Source: Verrucomicrobiota bacterium
GTDB lineage: Bacteria > Verrucomicrobiota > Verrucomicrobiia > Limisphaerales > VHCN01
NCBI GenBank assembly: GCA_016871675.1
Contig: VHCN01000013.1
Location: 1,621-65,620, forward strand
Length of the DNA stretch: 64,000 nucleotides
Direction of reading: 5' to 3'
In this document: piece after piece, positions 33,521-43,074 of the stretch
Layout: every line of letters starts with the position of its first letter
Numbering within the stretch: position 1 is the first letter of the stretch
Position numbers and translations under genes: made by a program
The notes under the pieces: model-generated
What the model was told of the DNA's origin: nothing
The model's input: the letters and a program-made list of their open reading frames with translations, nothing else
Database searches by the model: none

Positions 33521-34801
33521 CTACTGCGCGAGTTCGATGGCGAAGAGCTTGGCCTTGTCGCGCTGGAGCAGCTTGCTGTCCGCGAGCGCGGGATGGCTCC
33601 ACGTGTTGCCGCAGGTCTGGATGCGACCGAGTTCCTCAAACTTCTCCGGGTTCGCGCGCATGAGGAGCAATTCGCCGGACTGCGCCTGCACGAGAATCTT
33701 GTCGCCGACGGCGATGAACGCCGCGTAGTCGCCGAAGCCCGGCTGTTTCCATCTCACTTCGCCGGTCTTGAAATCCACGCATACGAGCTCGGTCTTGCTC
33801 GTGCCGCTGCCGAGGCCGAAAAGGAAGTCGCCGTGCAAGACCGGCGTGGCGAGGAGCGGCTTGACGGTGTCGTTCTTCCACATGGGTTCGGCCGTGAAGC
33901 CGCCCGAGTCCTTGTTGATCTTCAGACGCGTCATCCCGACCGACCACGAGGCGATGGTGACCGTGTCGCCGGCGAGGATCGGCGTGAACCCGTGCCGCTT
34001 CGCGCCGGTCTTGACGGGAATCTTCCACAGCACCTTGCCCGTCTCGACGTCCACGCCCATCAGCGAGTCCGCGGTGAGGTGCACAGCCTGCCGGACGCCG
34101 GCGAGGTTGCCGACCACGACGGACGAATACGCGGCGAAATCCGTGCCCGCCGCCCAGAAGACTTTTCCGGTCATCTTGTTGAAGGCCACGAGCGTGCCTT
34201 TCGTCGGGCTGCCGACTGGGACAAAAATGCGGTCGCCGTCCACCACGGCGGAGCCGTTGTTGCCGTGGCGGCTTGCGGCGGTTTCCTTGGCGGCGGGATG
34301 GTTGTTGCCGGAGTTGCCGTAGAATGTCACGCCCCAGTCCTTCTCGAAGTTCGTCTGCCAGATCGTCTTGCCGTCCGCGATGGACAGGCAGCGGAACTCG
34401 CCGCGGCATGACTGCACGTAGACGCGGTCGCCATCCACGAGAGGCGTGCAGCGCGGGCCCGCGCCGTAGGTGTTCCGCCACGACTCGATCTGGTCGAACT
34501 TCACCTGCCAGCGCTCCTTCCCGTCGGCGAGATTGACGCAATGCACCGTCTCCTGCCCGCCCTGGTCGTCGAGATAGATCACCTGTTTGCCGGAGATGAC
34601 GGGCGAGGCTTGCCCGTCGCCAACCGCGATGGTCCAAAGGGTCTTGGCCTCCCGGGGCAGCGCGTCGAGCTTGAGCGCATTGCCCACGGCGCGGCCGTCG
34701 CGCGAAGGCCCGCGCCACTGGGGCCAGTCGGAGCCCCGGGCGGCGAGCGCCGTGGTGAAGGCGAGCGTGGCGAACAGGGCGCGGCGGGGAGTGGGGTGCA
34801 T
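33521..34801 (-). CDS. Secreted PQQ-like beta-propeller repeat protein
   Basis: ORF 33521..34846. ATG 34801 gives MHPTPRRALFATLAFTTALAARGSDWPQWRGPSRDGR. Repeated propeller blades (ADGKTIWQ, ETGKVLWK, KTGEVRWK). Same type as 17200..18780 but lacks its helical insertion. Confidence 0.8.
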   Translation of the reverse strand: MHPTPRRALFATLAFTTALAARGSDWPQWRGPSRDGRAVGNALKLDALPREAKTLWTIAVGDGQASPVISGKQVIYLDDQGGQETVHCVNLADGKERWQVKFDQIESWRNTYGAGPRCTPLVDGDRVYVQSCRGEFRCLSIADGKTIWQTNFEKDWGVTFYGNSGNNHPAAKETAASRHGNNGSAVVDGDRIFVPVGSPTKGTLVAFNKMTGKVFWAAGTDFAAYSSVVVGNLAGVRQAVHLTADSLMGVDVETGKVLWKIPVKTGAKRHGFTPILAGDTVTIASWSVGMTRLKINKDSGGFTAEPMWKNDTVKPLLATPVLHGDFLFGLGSGTSKTELVCVDFKTGEVRWKQPGFGDYAAFIAVGDKILVQAQSGELLLMRANPEKFEELGRIQTCGNTWSHPALADSKLLQRDKAKLFAIELAQ

Positions 34802-35013
34802 GGTGGAATGTCGCGAGGTTGTAAGTGGACGCACGAAGCGCAGCAAGCTTCAATGTCGGCGGACCGGCGATCCGGTCTGCGAAGTCCCCAACCCGGGCAC
34901 TCGCGGGTTGAGTTCCGGCGGCGGAACGCTACGCTGGCCGCGCGTTTTTGAGCGCGCCTCCGTCCCGGGTGTCTGAGTGGATGGCACGTTCCACCCGCGC
35001 GCCGCGACTCCAG

Positions 35014-36144
35014 ATGTTCCCCGCCCTCAAACTACTTCGAGAACTCATCGCGCTGCCGAGCGTGAACCCGGCGTTCCTCGACGGCTCGCCGCATCTCACC
35101 GGCGAGGCGCGTGTCGCGGAGTTGCTCGCGTTCCTTGCCGGCCGCGAGGGGCTCGAGATCGATTTCCAGGAGGTCTTCCCCGGGCGCTCGAATCTCCTCG
35201 TTCGGCTCATCCCGCCCGGCGGCAAGCCGCGGCAACGGATTCTCCTCGCGCCGCACCTGGACACGGTCTGCGGAACCGCGGAACAGTTCGTTCCCGTGTT
35301 GTCGCGCGGCCGTCTGCACGGGCGCGGCGCGTGCGACACCAAGGGCAGTGTCGCCGCGATGGCCGCCGCGCTGCTCGACGTCGCCTCGCGCGGCGCGCGG
35401 CCGAAGGAGACGGAGGTCGTCTTCGCCGGACTGGTTGACGAGGAGAACGGCCAGACCGGTTCACGGCACCTCGCGGCCAGCGATTTCCGGGCCGACCTCG
35501 CCATCGTCGGTGAACCCACGCGCCTCGACGTCGTCTCCGCGCACAAGGGCGACCTGTGGCTGCGACTCGAAACCCGCGGCCGGGCGGCGCACGGTTCGCT
35601 CCCGCACCTCGGGCGCAACGCCGTCCATGAAGCCGCGCGACTCGTGGACTTGCTCGAGACGACCTACGCCGGGAAGCTCCGCCGCCGCCGCCATCCCTTG
35701 CTGGGGCACGGCACCATCAGCGTCGGTTCCATCCGGGGCGGCGTGCAGGCGAACATCGTCCCGGATGAGTGCAGCGTCATCGCGGACCGCCGCACGCTGC
35801 CCGGCGAGACCGAATCCACCGTGCGCCGCGAACTGGCCGCGCTCTTCCGCCGCCACAAGTTCGCGGTGAGGATCCACGACACGAAGGGGGCAACGTGCGA
35901 CCCGCTCGAGACGGATCCGAACCTTCCGCTGGTGCAGCGGTTCCTCGCGAGCGCCGGACGCCGCCGCACGAAGGGCGTTTCGTTCTTCTGCGATGCCGCG
36001 CCGCTCGCCGCAGGGGGCACGCCCGCGATCGTCTTCGGCCCGGGCGACCTCGCACAGGCGCACACCGCGGACGAGTGGATCGCCGTCGAGTCGCTCGAAC
36101 GCGGCACGGCGGTGTTAACCCGTTTCCTCCGATCGCTCCCGTGA
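35014..36144 (+). CDS. M20-family metallohydrolase (ArgE/DapE-type deacetylase/desuccinylase)
   Basis: ORF 34948..36144. ATG 35014 gives MFPALKLLRELIALPSVNP. Motifs APHLDTV, GRGACDTKG, VDEENG and HTADEW. ATG 34981 is an alternative start. Confidence 0.85.
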   Translation: MFPALKLLRELIALPSVNPAFLDGSPHLTGEARVAELLAFLAGREGLEIDFQEVFPGRSNLLVRLIPPGGKPRQRILLAPHLDTVCGTAEQFVPVLSRGRLHGRGACDTKGSVAAMAAALLDVASRGARPKETEVVFAGLVDEENGQTGSRHLAASDFRADLAIVGEPTRLDVVSAHKGDLWLRLETRGRAAHGSLPHLGRNAVHEAARLVDLLETTYAGKLRRRRHPLLGHGTISVGSIRGGVQANIVPDECSVIADRRTLPGETESTVRRELAALFRRHKFAVRIHDTKGATCDPLETDPNLPLVQRFLASAGRRRTKGVSFFCDAAPLAAGGTPAIVFGPGDLAQAHTADEWIAVESLERGTAVLTRFLRSLP

Positions 36145-36155
36145 CGGGAGACGGA

Positions 36156-37358
36156 ATGCGCCTCGCCTTCCTCACTCACGAGCCGTTTCATCCGCCGAGC
36201 GGCGGCGGGTCCGCGGAAGCCGTGTATCTGGTGGAGGAGTTTGCCCGGCGCGGGCACGAAGTGCACGTCTTCAGCCCCGCATTCGAATCGGCGGCGGAAC
36301 TCGGCGCGCGGATGCGCGTGACGTTCCACCCATTCGCGGGCTGGCCGATGGGGCGTTACGCGCGGTTCCGGAACGTCAAGTATCTGCTCTATCCCACGGC
36401 GCTCGCGCGGATGGTCGCGCGGGCGGCGGCGCGGACGAGGTTCGACCTCCTGCTGTCGCAGCACACGATTTCCGCGGTCGCCGCGGGCCGGCTCAAGCGC
36501 CGGCTCGGCGTGCCGGTGGTGATGAACTTCCTCGATTACCTCACCGGCTTCATGGAAACGTGGCCGGCGTGGACCGCGCCGCCCCCGGTGGTCGCCGCGC
36601 TCATGCGCTACGAACTTTCGCTCCCGCGCCGCTTCGATGCCGACGGCGTCATGACCGTGAGCGACACGCTTGCCGGTTGTTTCGCCGACGCGGGATATCC
36701 GCGCGAACGCCTCCGGCCGATTTACTACGGCTACGACGCGGAGCTGTTCAAGCCCGCGTCGCCCGGCGCGGCGCAGCCTGCGACTCCCGTGGTGGTCATG
36801 CACGGGTCGTTCGACCAGCACCACTTGCAGCACATCGCGGTCGAGGGCGTCGTGAGGGTCGCGTTGGCCCGGCCGGAGACGGAGTTCAAGTTCGTCGGCC
36901 GCGAGACCCCGACGCTGGTGAGGTTCCTCGCCGCGGTCCGCGCCCGCGCGCCGCGGGTGCGGCTCACCACGACGGGGTTCGTTCCCTACTCGGAGGTCGC
37001 CTCGCATCTCGCCGGCGCGGCCGTGGGCATCATTCCCTACGAGGAATCGCGCGGGACGCACTGCGCGTTCGTGGCGAAGGCGGTCGAGTATCTCGGCTCG
37101 GGCATCCCGGCGGTCTGCACGCCGCTCGACAACGTGCGCCGCTACTTCGCGGACGAGCCGGCGGTCAAGTTCAGCGGCTTTGACGGCGCGAGCTTCGGCG
37201 CCCAGATTCTCGCGTGGCTGGACGAACCTGCGGACTCGCGCGCCGCCCTCGGCCTCGCGGCGAGCGGGCGCGTGAAAGCCGCGCTCGACTGGCGCGCCCT
37301 CAGCCGGCGCGCCGCCGATTTCGTCGAGCAAGTCCACGCCCGCGCCACCGGTCACTGA
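36156..37358 (+). CDS. Glycosyltransferase, GT4-like (GT-B fold)
   Basis: ORF 35769..37358. ATG 36156 gives MRLAFLTHEPFHPPSGGGSAEAVYLVEEFARRGHEVHVFSP. The C-terminal half has an E-x7-E-like region (IPYEESRGTHCAFVAKAVEYLGSGIP). Lies 11 nt after the M20 gene. Confidence 0.8.
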   Translation: MRLAFLTHEPFHPPSGGGSAEAVYLVEEFARRGHEVHVFSPAFESAAELGARMRVTFHPFAGWPMGRYARFRNVKYLLYPTALARMVARAAARTRFDLLLSQHTISAVAAGRLKRRLGVPVVMNFLDYLTGFMETWPAWTAPPPVVAALMRYELSLPRRFDADGVMTVSDTLAGCFADAGYPRERLRPIYYGYDAELFKPASPGAAQPATPVVVMHGSFDQHHLQHIAVEGVVRVALARPETEFKFVGRETPTLVRFLAAVRARAPRVRLTTTGFVPYSEVASHLAGAAVGIIPYEESRGTHCAFVAKAVEYLGSGIPAVCTPLDNVRRYFADEPAVKFSGFDGASFGAQILAWLDEPADSRAALGLAASGRVKAALDWRALSRRAADFVEQVHARATGH

Positions 37359-37443
37359 ACGCAAACCCGAACGCAAAGCCCTGAACGCGCGCAACCCAAA
37401 CTCCGGCGAGTCGTCCGCCTCGTTCTTCCGGCAAGGCGGCTGG

Positions 37444-38673
37444 ATGGTCTTCGCCACCGTGGCGAGCGGCGTGTTCATGTGGGCGGTGCACCTGTTCAGC
37501 AAGGTGATTCCACCCGCGGAATACGGCGTGCTCGGCACGATGCTGCAACTGCTCAACTGGGTCATCATCCCGGCGATCGGGCTGCAGATGGTCTTCGCCC
37601 AACAGGCCGGCGCGGCGCTCGACGCGGGGCAGCAACGCGCGCTCGCGTCCACGGCGCGCGGGGTCGCGAAGGGCGTGTTCATCGTGTGGCTGGCGGTCGC
37701 GTTGTTCGTCGCCGCGAGGCAGGAGGAACTTTGCACGACGTTCAAGGTCGCGAACCCGGCCGCGCTCTGGGTGACGCTGGCGTCGGGTCTCGCCCTGCTG
37801 TGGCTGCCGATTTTTCAAGGCGTGTTGCAGGGGCGGCAGAACTTTCTGTGGTTCGGACTCGCGGGCATCTTCAGCGGCGTGGGGCGGTTCGCGGCCGCCG
37901 GCGTGATCGTGCTCGCGCTCGGGGGCTGGGCGGCGGGAATCCTCTCCGGCGTGCTCGTCGGGTTGCTCGCCGCGCTCGCCGTCGCGGCGTGGCAATGCCG
38001 CGATTTGCTTCGCGGGGCGGCGCCGACGTTTGAAGCGCGCCCGTGGGCCGGCCGCGTGCTGCCGCTCACGGTCGGCTTCGGCGCGGGGCAGTTCATGTTC
38101 GCGGCGGATCAGGTGTTCGTGCAGGCGAACTTCTCCGCGGACGCCACGGGGCCATACGTGGCGGCGGGGACGCTGGCGCGCGCGCTCGTGATGTTCACGG
38201 GGCCGCTGGCGGCCGTCATGTTCCCGAAGATCGTGCGAAGCGTGGCGACCTCGGACAGCACGGACGTGCTGCGGCTCACATTCCTGGGGACGCTTGCGAT
38301 GGGCGCGGGCGGGGCGCTGGCCTTGAGCGTGATGGCGCCGCTGTTCCTCAAGCTGGGATTCAATCCGAAGTTCGTCAGCATCGCGCCGCTCGTGCCGTGG
38401 TTCGCGTGGGCGATGGTGCCGATGGCGCTCGCCTCGGTGCTCGTGAACAACCTGATGGCGCGCGGGTTGTTCCGCGCCGTCCCGGCGCTGCTCGGGGTGG
38501 CGGTCATGTATTCGGTGGCGCTCGCGGTGCTCGTGCCGAAGTTTGCCGCCACGCTGCCGCCGCTCGCGGGCTTCGTGCGTGTGACGCAAGTGCTCGGGTG
38601 CTTCAACCTCCTGCTGCTCGCGGTCGCCGCGTGGTTCACGTGGCGCGCGCGCGCGCCGGCCCCGGCTCAGTAA
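37444..38673 (+). CDS. Polysaccharide biosynthesis/flippase-type polytopic membrane protein (Wzx/MOP-like)
   Basis: 409 aa from ATG 37444, with about 12 hydrophobic helices. The true start may lie upstream at a non-canonical codon (see finding). Follows the GT4 gene. Confidence 0.7.
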   Translation: MVFATVASGVFMWAVHLFSKVIPPAEYGVLGTMLQLLNWVIIPAIGLQMVFAQQAGAALDAGQQRALASTARGVAKGVFIVWLAVALFVAARQEELCTTFKVANPAALWVTLASGLALLWLPIFQGVLQGRQNFLWFGLAGIFSGVGRFAAAGVIVLALGGWAAGILSGVLVGLLAALAVAAWQCRDLLRGAAPTFEARPWAGRVLPLTVGFGAGQFMFAADQVFVQANFSADATGPYVAAGTLARALVMFTGPLAAVMFPKIVRSVATSDSTDVLRLTFLGTLAMGAGGALALSVMAPLFLKLGFNPKFVSIAPLVPWFAWAMVPMALASVLVNNLMARGLFRAVPALLGVAVMYSVALAVLVPKFAATLPPLAGFVRVTQVLGCFNLLLLAVAAWFTWRARAPAPAQ

Positions 38674-39071
38674 CCGGCCGCGCCCGACTGCGGCGCGGGC
38701 TCGATCAGTTCCACTTCATATCCCTCGGGCGCGTCGATGAACGCGAAGCCGCCGCCGGCGGGCTTCATCGTGGGGCCGTCGGAATACTTCAGCCCAAGCC
38801 GCGCGAGGTGTTCGCCGAACGCCGCGAGGCTCGGCACCTCGAACGCCACGTGCGTGAGGTCCGCCTGCACCTCCACCGGCCCGCTGTTGGGGAAATGACA
38901 CAGCTCGATCGTCTCCTCGCTTTGTGGCGCCTTCAAGAACACAAGCTCCGACCCGCGGGGCGACTTGTGGCGGCGGACTTCGTCGAGGCCGAGCACGTCC
39001 TTGTAGAATCTCACGGAGCGCTCGAGGTCGTTGAGCCGGTAGCGCGTGTGGAGGAGCTTGGTGACTTTCAT
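38667..39071 (-). CDS. VOC-family protein, glyoxalase I-like (lactoylglutathione lyase)
   Basis: 134 aa. LLHTRYRLNDLERSVRFYKDVLGL...LELCHF...HVAFEV...GYEVELIE fits the glyoxalase I/VOC pattern. Its 3' end overlaps the convergent flippase gene by 7 nt. Confidence 0.8.
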   Translation of the reverse strand: MKVTKLLHTRYRLNDLERSVRFYKDVLGLDEVRRHKSPRGSELVFLKAPQSEETIELCHFPNSGPVEVQADLTHVAFEVPSLAAFGEHLARLGLKYSDGPTMKPAGGGFAFIDAPEGYEVELIEPAPQSGAAGY

Positions 39072-39117
39072 GGCGGAAGGTTAACGGCGGGACGCGGCCA
39101 AAGGCAATCACCGCCGG

Positions 39118-40473
39118 CTACCGGCCCGCGGCGGGCAAGCCGGGAGACGCGCTGAATTCCGTGACGAGCGTGCCGTCGTCGGAATTCCACATGCGGACGC
39201 GGCTGTCATGGCTGCCGGTGGCGACGCGCTTGGTGGCCGGGTGCACGGCGACGGAATAAACCCAGTCGGCGTGGCCGCTGTAGGCGCGCACGAGCGACGC
39301 GCCCTGGAGCGCGTGCTGGCGCAGTTGTTTGTCGGAGCCGCACGTCCACACACTGCCACCCGCGACGACGAGCCGCAGGATGTCATCGTCGAAGCCCGTG
39401 ATCTCCGAGATCTTCTGCGCATCCTTCGCCGCCCACGCGTGGATTTTCTTGTCGCGGCCCGCCGAGTAGACGGTCCTGCCGTCCGGGCTGAAGGCGACGG
39501 CGGAGACGCCGGCGTTGTGACCGAGATAGCTGTGCTCGATCGCGCCGGTCTTTGCGTTGAACAGCCGCGCGCTGCGGTCGCGGCTCGCGGAGGCGAGCTG
39601 CGACCCGTCGTGGTTCCACGCGACGGCCATCACCCAGTCGGCGTGCTGGTCGATGCGCAACGGTTCGCGGCCGCCCGCGACCTCGATCACCCGGATCGAA
39701 TTGTCCGTCCCGCCAATGGCCAGCCGCGAGCCGTCGGGGCTGAACTTCGCGTCGAGCACCACGTCAGGAAGCGTGGCGAGCACGCGCGCGAGTTCGCCCT
39801 TCTTCGTGTCGATGAGGGCGAGTTCCCCAAGCTGGCCGGGATCGCCGCCGGCGACGGCAAGCAATGCGCCGTCGGGACTCCACGCAAGCGCGTGGGTTCG
39901 TTGCGCGACGCCGCGGATGCGGCGCAGCAGTTTGCCGTCGTCGGCGTTCCAGAGGAGAACCTCGTTGTATCCGCCGGACGCGAGTTGCGCGCCGTCGGGA
40001 CTGAAGGCCAGCGCGAGGACGGGCAGCGGGAGCTTGTAGGCTGCGGGCGGCTCCGGATGTGGCGCGCGCGGGATGATCGCCGCGAGCGGCGCGCGCCGGT
40101 CGGCGGCATCGAAGGCCGCGCCCTCCCGGATCCACCGCCCGACGAGCGCGAGGTGCGCGGCGGGCAGCGGGTCATCCTTCTGCGGCATGCGGTCATCCGC
40201 GTCCTTCGCCGTGAGCAATTCGAACAGGTGACTCGACGCAGGATTGCCCGGCACGACGGGCGCGCGCTTGCTGGCGCCGGGCTTGAGCAGCGCCTCGAAG
40301 GAGTCGAGCCGATAGTTGCCCCTTTGCTTTTCCGGCCCGTGGCAGGTCACGCATTTCGTTTGCAGGATGGGCGCGATGTCGCGCGCGAAGGCCACCTTGC
40401 CCTCGGCCTGCGCGCCGGCCCGCCCGGGGATCAGGAGCGAGGCGAGCGCGGGCAGCAGAACGGTCCGGTGCAT
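39118..40473 (-). CDS. Planctomycete-cytochrome-c (PSCyt1) domain + WD40 beta-propeller protein
   Basis: ORF 39118..40611. ATG 40473 gives the signal peptide MHRTVLLPALASLLIPGRAGAQA, then FARDIAPILQTKCVTCHGPEKQRGNYRLDSFE (PSCyt1 CxxCH), then repeated WD40-like blades (VLALAFSPDGAQLASGG, ALAWSPDGALLAVAG, AVAFSPDGRTVYSAG, and others). Confidence 0.8.
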   Translation of the reverse strand: MHRTVLLPALASLLIPGRAGAQAEGKVAFARDIAPILQTKCVTCHGPEKQRGNYRLDSFEALLKPGASKRAPVVPGNPASSHLFELLTAKDADDRMPQKDDPLPAAHLALVGRWIREGAAFDAADRRAPLAAIIPRAPHPEPPAAYKLPLPVLALAFSPDGAQLASGGYNEVLLWNADDGKLLRRIRGVAQRTHALAWSPDGALLAVAGGDPGQLGELALIDTKKGELARVLATLPDVVLDAKFSPDGSRLAIGGTDNSIRVIEVAGGREPLRIDQHADWVMAVAWNHDGSQLASASRDRSARLFNAKTGAIEHSYLGHNAGVSAVAFSPDGRTVYSAGRDKKIHAWAAKDAQKISEITGFDDDILRLVVAGGSVWTCGSDKQLRQHALQGASLVRAYSGHADWVYSVAVHPATKRVATGSHDSRVRMWNSDDGTLVTEFSASPGLPAAGR

Positions 40474-40531
40474 GCGACTTGTTTCGCGAAAAGCCCGTGC
40501 CAGGTCAAGCGGCGCGAGGTAGGATCCGCGC

Positions 40532-41620
40532 GTGCCGGAAGCCAAACACAACCGGGTGCTCGTGGGATTGAGCGGCGGGGTGGATTCCTCCGCGACGGCG
40601 GCGTTGCTCAAGGAGCAGGGCTACGACGTGGTGGGCGTGACGCTCAAGCTCTGGCCGCAGGACTGCGTGAATCGCGCGGAGGACCGCTGCTGCGGCCCCG
40701 AGGCGGTGAAGGACGCGCGCGCGGTCGCGCATCAGCTCGGCATTCCCTACTACCTCATCGACGAGGCGGCGGAATTCCAGCGCGCGGTCATCAGCTACTT
40801 CGCCGAGGAATACAAGGCCGGCCGCACGCCGAACCCGTGCGTGATGTGCAACGAGCGCCTGAAGTTCGGCACGCTGCTCACCCGCGCCGACCAGCTCGGC
40901 GCGGCGTGGCTCGCGACGGGACACTTCGCGCGCACCGGAAGGGACCCCGCCAGCGGGCGCACGCTGCTCAAGCGCGGGCGCGACCTCCGCAAGGATCAGA
41001 GCTACTTCCTCTTCTCGCTCAAGCAGCGGCAGCTTGAGCGGGTGATTTTCCCGCTCGGGGAAAGGACGAAGGCCGACACGCGCGGCGTCGCCCGCGGGTG
41101 CCGGCTCAAGACGGCGGAGAAGGACGAGAGCATGGAGATTTGCTTCGTGCCGGACCGCGACTACGGGAAGTTCCTGCTCGACGCGAAACTGGCCGCGAAG
41201 CACCGCGGCGAAATCGTGGACACGCGCGGCCGCGTGCTCGGGCATCACGAGGGCGTGGCGTTTTACACCATAGGCCAGCGCAAGGGGCTCGGGATTTCCT
41301 CCGCGACGCCACTCTATGTGATCGAGCTCGACGCCGGACGCAACCGTGTGGTGGTCGGCGACGACTCGATGCTCGAACGCGACACGCTCACGGTGGAACG
41401 CTGCAATTGGATTCCGTGGGACGCGCCGCCGGGGCCGATGGAGGTGATGGCGAAGATTCGTTACAACCATCCCGGTTGCGCGGCGACCGTCACGCCCGGC
41501 GCGGCGGATTGCGCCACGGTGAGGTTGCACACGCCGCAACGCGCGGTCACGCCGGGTCAGGCCTGCGTGTTCTACGACGGGGACGTGGTTCTCGGCGGCG
41601 GCTGGATTGCGCAGCCGTGA
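40532..41620 (+). CDS. mnmA: tRNA 2-thiouridine(34) synthase
   Basis: 362 aa with a GTG start. VLVGLSGGVDSSATAALL (PP-loop), TPNPCVMCNERLKFG, ATGHFAR, KDQSYFL. Confidence 0.95.
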   Translation: MPEAKHNRVLVGLSGGVDSSATAALLKEQGYDVVGVTLKLWPQDCVNRAEDRCCGPEAVKDARAVAHQLGIPYYLIDEAAEFQRAVISYFAEEYKAGRTPNPCVMCNERLKFGTLLTRADQLGAAWLATGHFARTGRDPASGRTLLKRGRDLRKDQSYFLFSLKQRQLERVIFPLGERTKADTRGVARGCRLKTAEKDESMEICFVPDRDYGKFLLDAKLAAKHRGEIVDTRGRVLGHHEGVAFYTIGQRKGLGISSATPLYVIELDAGRNRVVVGDDSMLERDTLTVERCNWIPWDAPPGPMEVMAKIRYNHPGCAATVTPGAADCATVRLHTPQRAVTPGQACVFYDGDVVLGGGWIAQP

Positions 41621-41649
41621 AACAGGCGGGATGCCGGTTCCCCGACACT

Positions 41650-42657
41650 TCACTTCGTCCCTGTGGATTCCTTGATCGCCCGGCTCGGCGGGGCGAGGTA
41701 ACGGTAGGCGTTGCTCGGATTGTCGGCGTCGTAAGCGTAGGCGTCGCGGTGGTCGAGGAAGTATTTTACCTGATCCACGGGAATGGCGAAGCCGAGCCCC
41801 TCGCCAAAAGTGAGCTTCATGTTCGTCACGCCCACAACCTCGCCGCGCAAGTTGAAGAGCGGTCCGCCGGAGTTGCCGGGGTTGATTTGCGCCGTGGTCT
41901 GGAGGAAGAGCGAGCCCTGCATCTGCCGCGTCTTGGTGCTCACGATGCCCTCGGTGACGGTGCGCTCGAGCCCGAGCGGGCTGCCGACGGCGAACACGCG
42001 CTCGCCCTGCCCCAGCACCGCGGTGTCGCCCAGCGGCACGGGCTTGAACTTCGGCGCGTCCTTGTCCTCGACTTTGAGCAGCGCGAGGTCGGCGAACTTG
42101 TTCATCGCCACGATGCGCACCTGCTTGTAGAGCGCGCGCTCGAGCTGGCCGCCGCGCTGGTGATAGACCTCGATGGAAATCTGCGTCTCGCTCTCGATCA
42201 CATGGAAATTGGTGATGAGGAAGCCGTCCTCGTTGAGGAAAAACCCCGAACCGAGCCCGCCCGGCGTGCGCACTTGCACGACGGCCTCGCCAATTTGCGC
42301 GACGAGTTCGCGCACGGATCGCTCCGCCCCCGTCCCGTCGCCGAGCGTGTAAAGGCCGGTCCGAACGGAAGTCCCCGTCACGGTCGCGGTCGTGTGGGTC
42401 GAGCCTGCCGCCGGTTTTCTTGTGCCGGAGGAAGTCACGGGCTTCGCGGACTTGGGGTCCGACTCGCGGGTGATCCTGATCACGTCCTTGCGCGGCACGA
42501 GCAGCACGGTGTAGCCGACGTCCACGACGACGAGGTCGGGTTTCTCGGCGAGGATGCGCCCGGTGATGGCGGCCTTGTCGCGGAGTTGGAGTTCATCCGC
42601 GGCTGCGGGGCCGGCCGAAAGTGCGAGCAACGCGGCGAGCAGGCGGGGCGTCTTCAT
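41650..42657 (-). CDS. Secreted trypsin-like serine protease (S1C/HtrA-like catalytic domain, no PDZ seen)
   Basis: ORF 41650..42693. ATG 42657 gives MKTPRLLAALLALSAGPAAA. Motifs FLITNFHVIE (His), DLALLKV (Asp), TAQINPGNSGGPLFN (Ser). An extra N-terminal small domain precedes a Thr/Ser-rich linker. Confidence 0.8.
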   Translation of the reverse strand: MKTPRLLAALLALSAGPAAADELQLRDKAAITGRILAEKPDLVVVDVGYTVLLVPRKDVIRITRESDPKSAKPVTSSGTRKPAAGSTHTTATVTGTSVRTGLYTLGDGTGAERSVRELVAQIGEAVVQVRTPGGLGSGFFLNEDGFLITNFHVIESETQISIEVYHQRGGQLERALYKQVRIVAMNKFADLALLKVEDKDAPKFKPVPLGDTAVLGQGERVFAVGSPLGLERTVTEGIVSTKTRQMQGSLFLQTTAQINPGNSGGPLFNLRGEVVGVTNMKLTFGEGLGFAIPVDQVKYFLDHRDAYAYDADNPSNAYRYLAPPSRAIKESTGTK

Positions 42658-42702
42658 GCGGAACAAACTACCGGCGGGCCGCGCGAGTGGCAAGCGCCAC
42701 GC

Positions 42703-42993
42703 TCAAGCCGCACGGTCTTCGAGGAAGTGCGTGGTGATTTCGCCGACGCCCTTGGCATGGATGACGCCGCGGTCGGTGAATCGGGATTCGCCGTCGAGCG
42801 CCACGCGCGGCGTGGCCGAGACGTGGACATGGCCCGGCAGCCCGGAGGATTCGAGCCGGCTGGCGGGGTCCCCGTCGCGCCCCAGGGGGTCGTGTCTGAA
42901 CTTCTTGCGCCGGCCTTCCTCGCCGCTCGAATTGTAGCGCGCCTCGACGAGCCACGGCTCGGGCTTCTCGGACTTCGGAAACTCCAGCCGCAC
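42703..42993 (-). CDS. Hypothetical protein or gene fragment, possibly cupin-like; start uncertain
   Basis: 96-aa ORF from GTG 42993 with high third-position GC. Coding-like sequence continues 27 codons further upstream, with no ATG/GTG/TTG, right up to the rhomboid TGA (43075-43077) in the same frame. See finding. Confidence 0.35.
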   Translation of the reverse strand: MRLEFPKSEKPEPWLVEARYNSSGEEGRRKKFRHDPLGRDGDPASRLESSGLPGHVHVSATPRVALDGESRFTDRGVIHAKGVGEITTHFLEDRAA

Positions 42994-43074
42994 GACGGCG
43001 GAGTAGTTGGGAGGTTCCTTGCCGGCGAGTATCTCGACGTAGTGGTTTGTGTGCGCGTCGCCGAGGCGTGCGCG

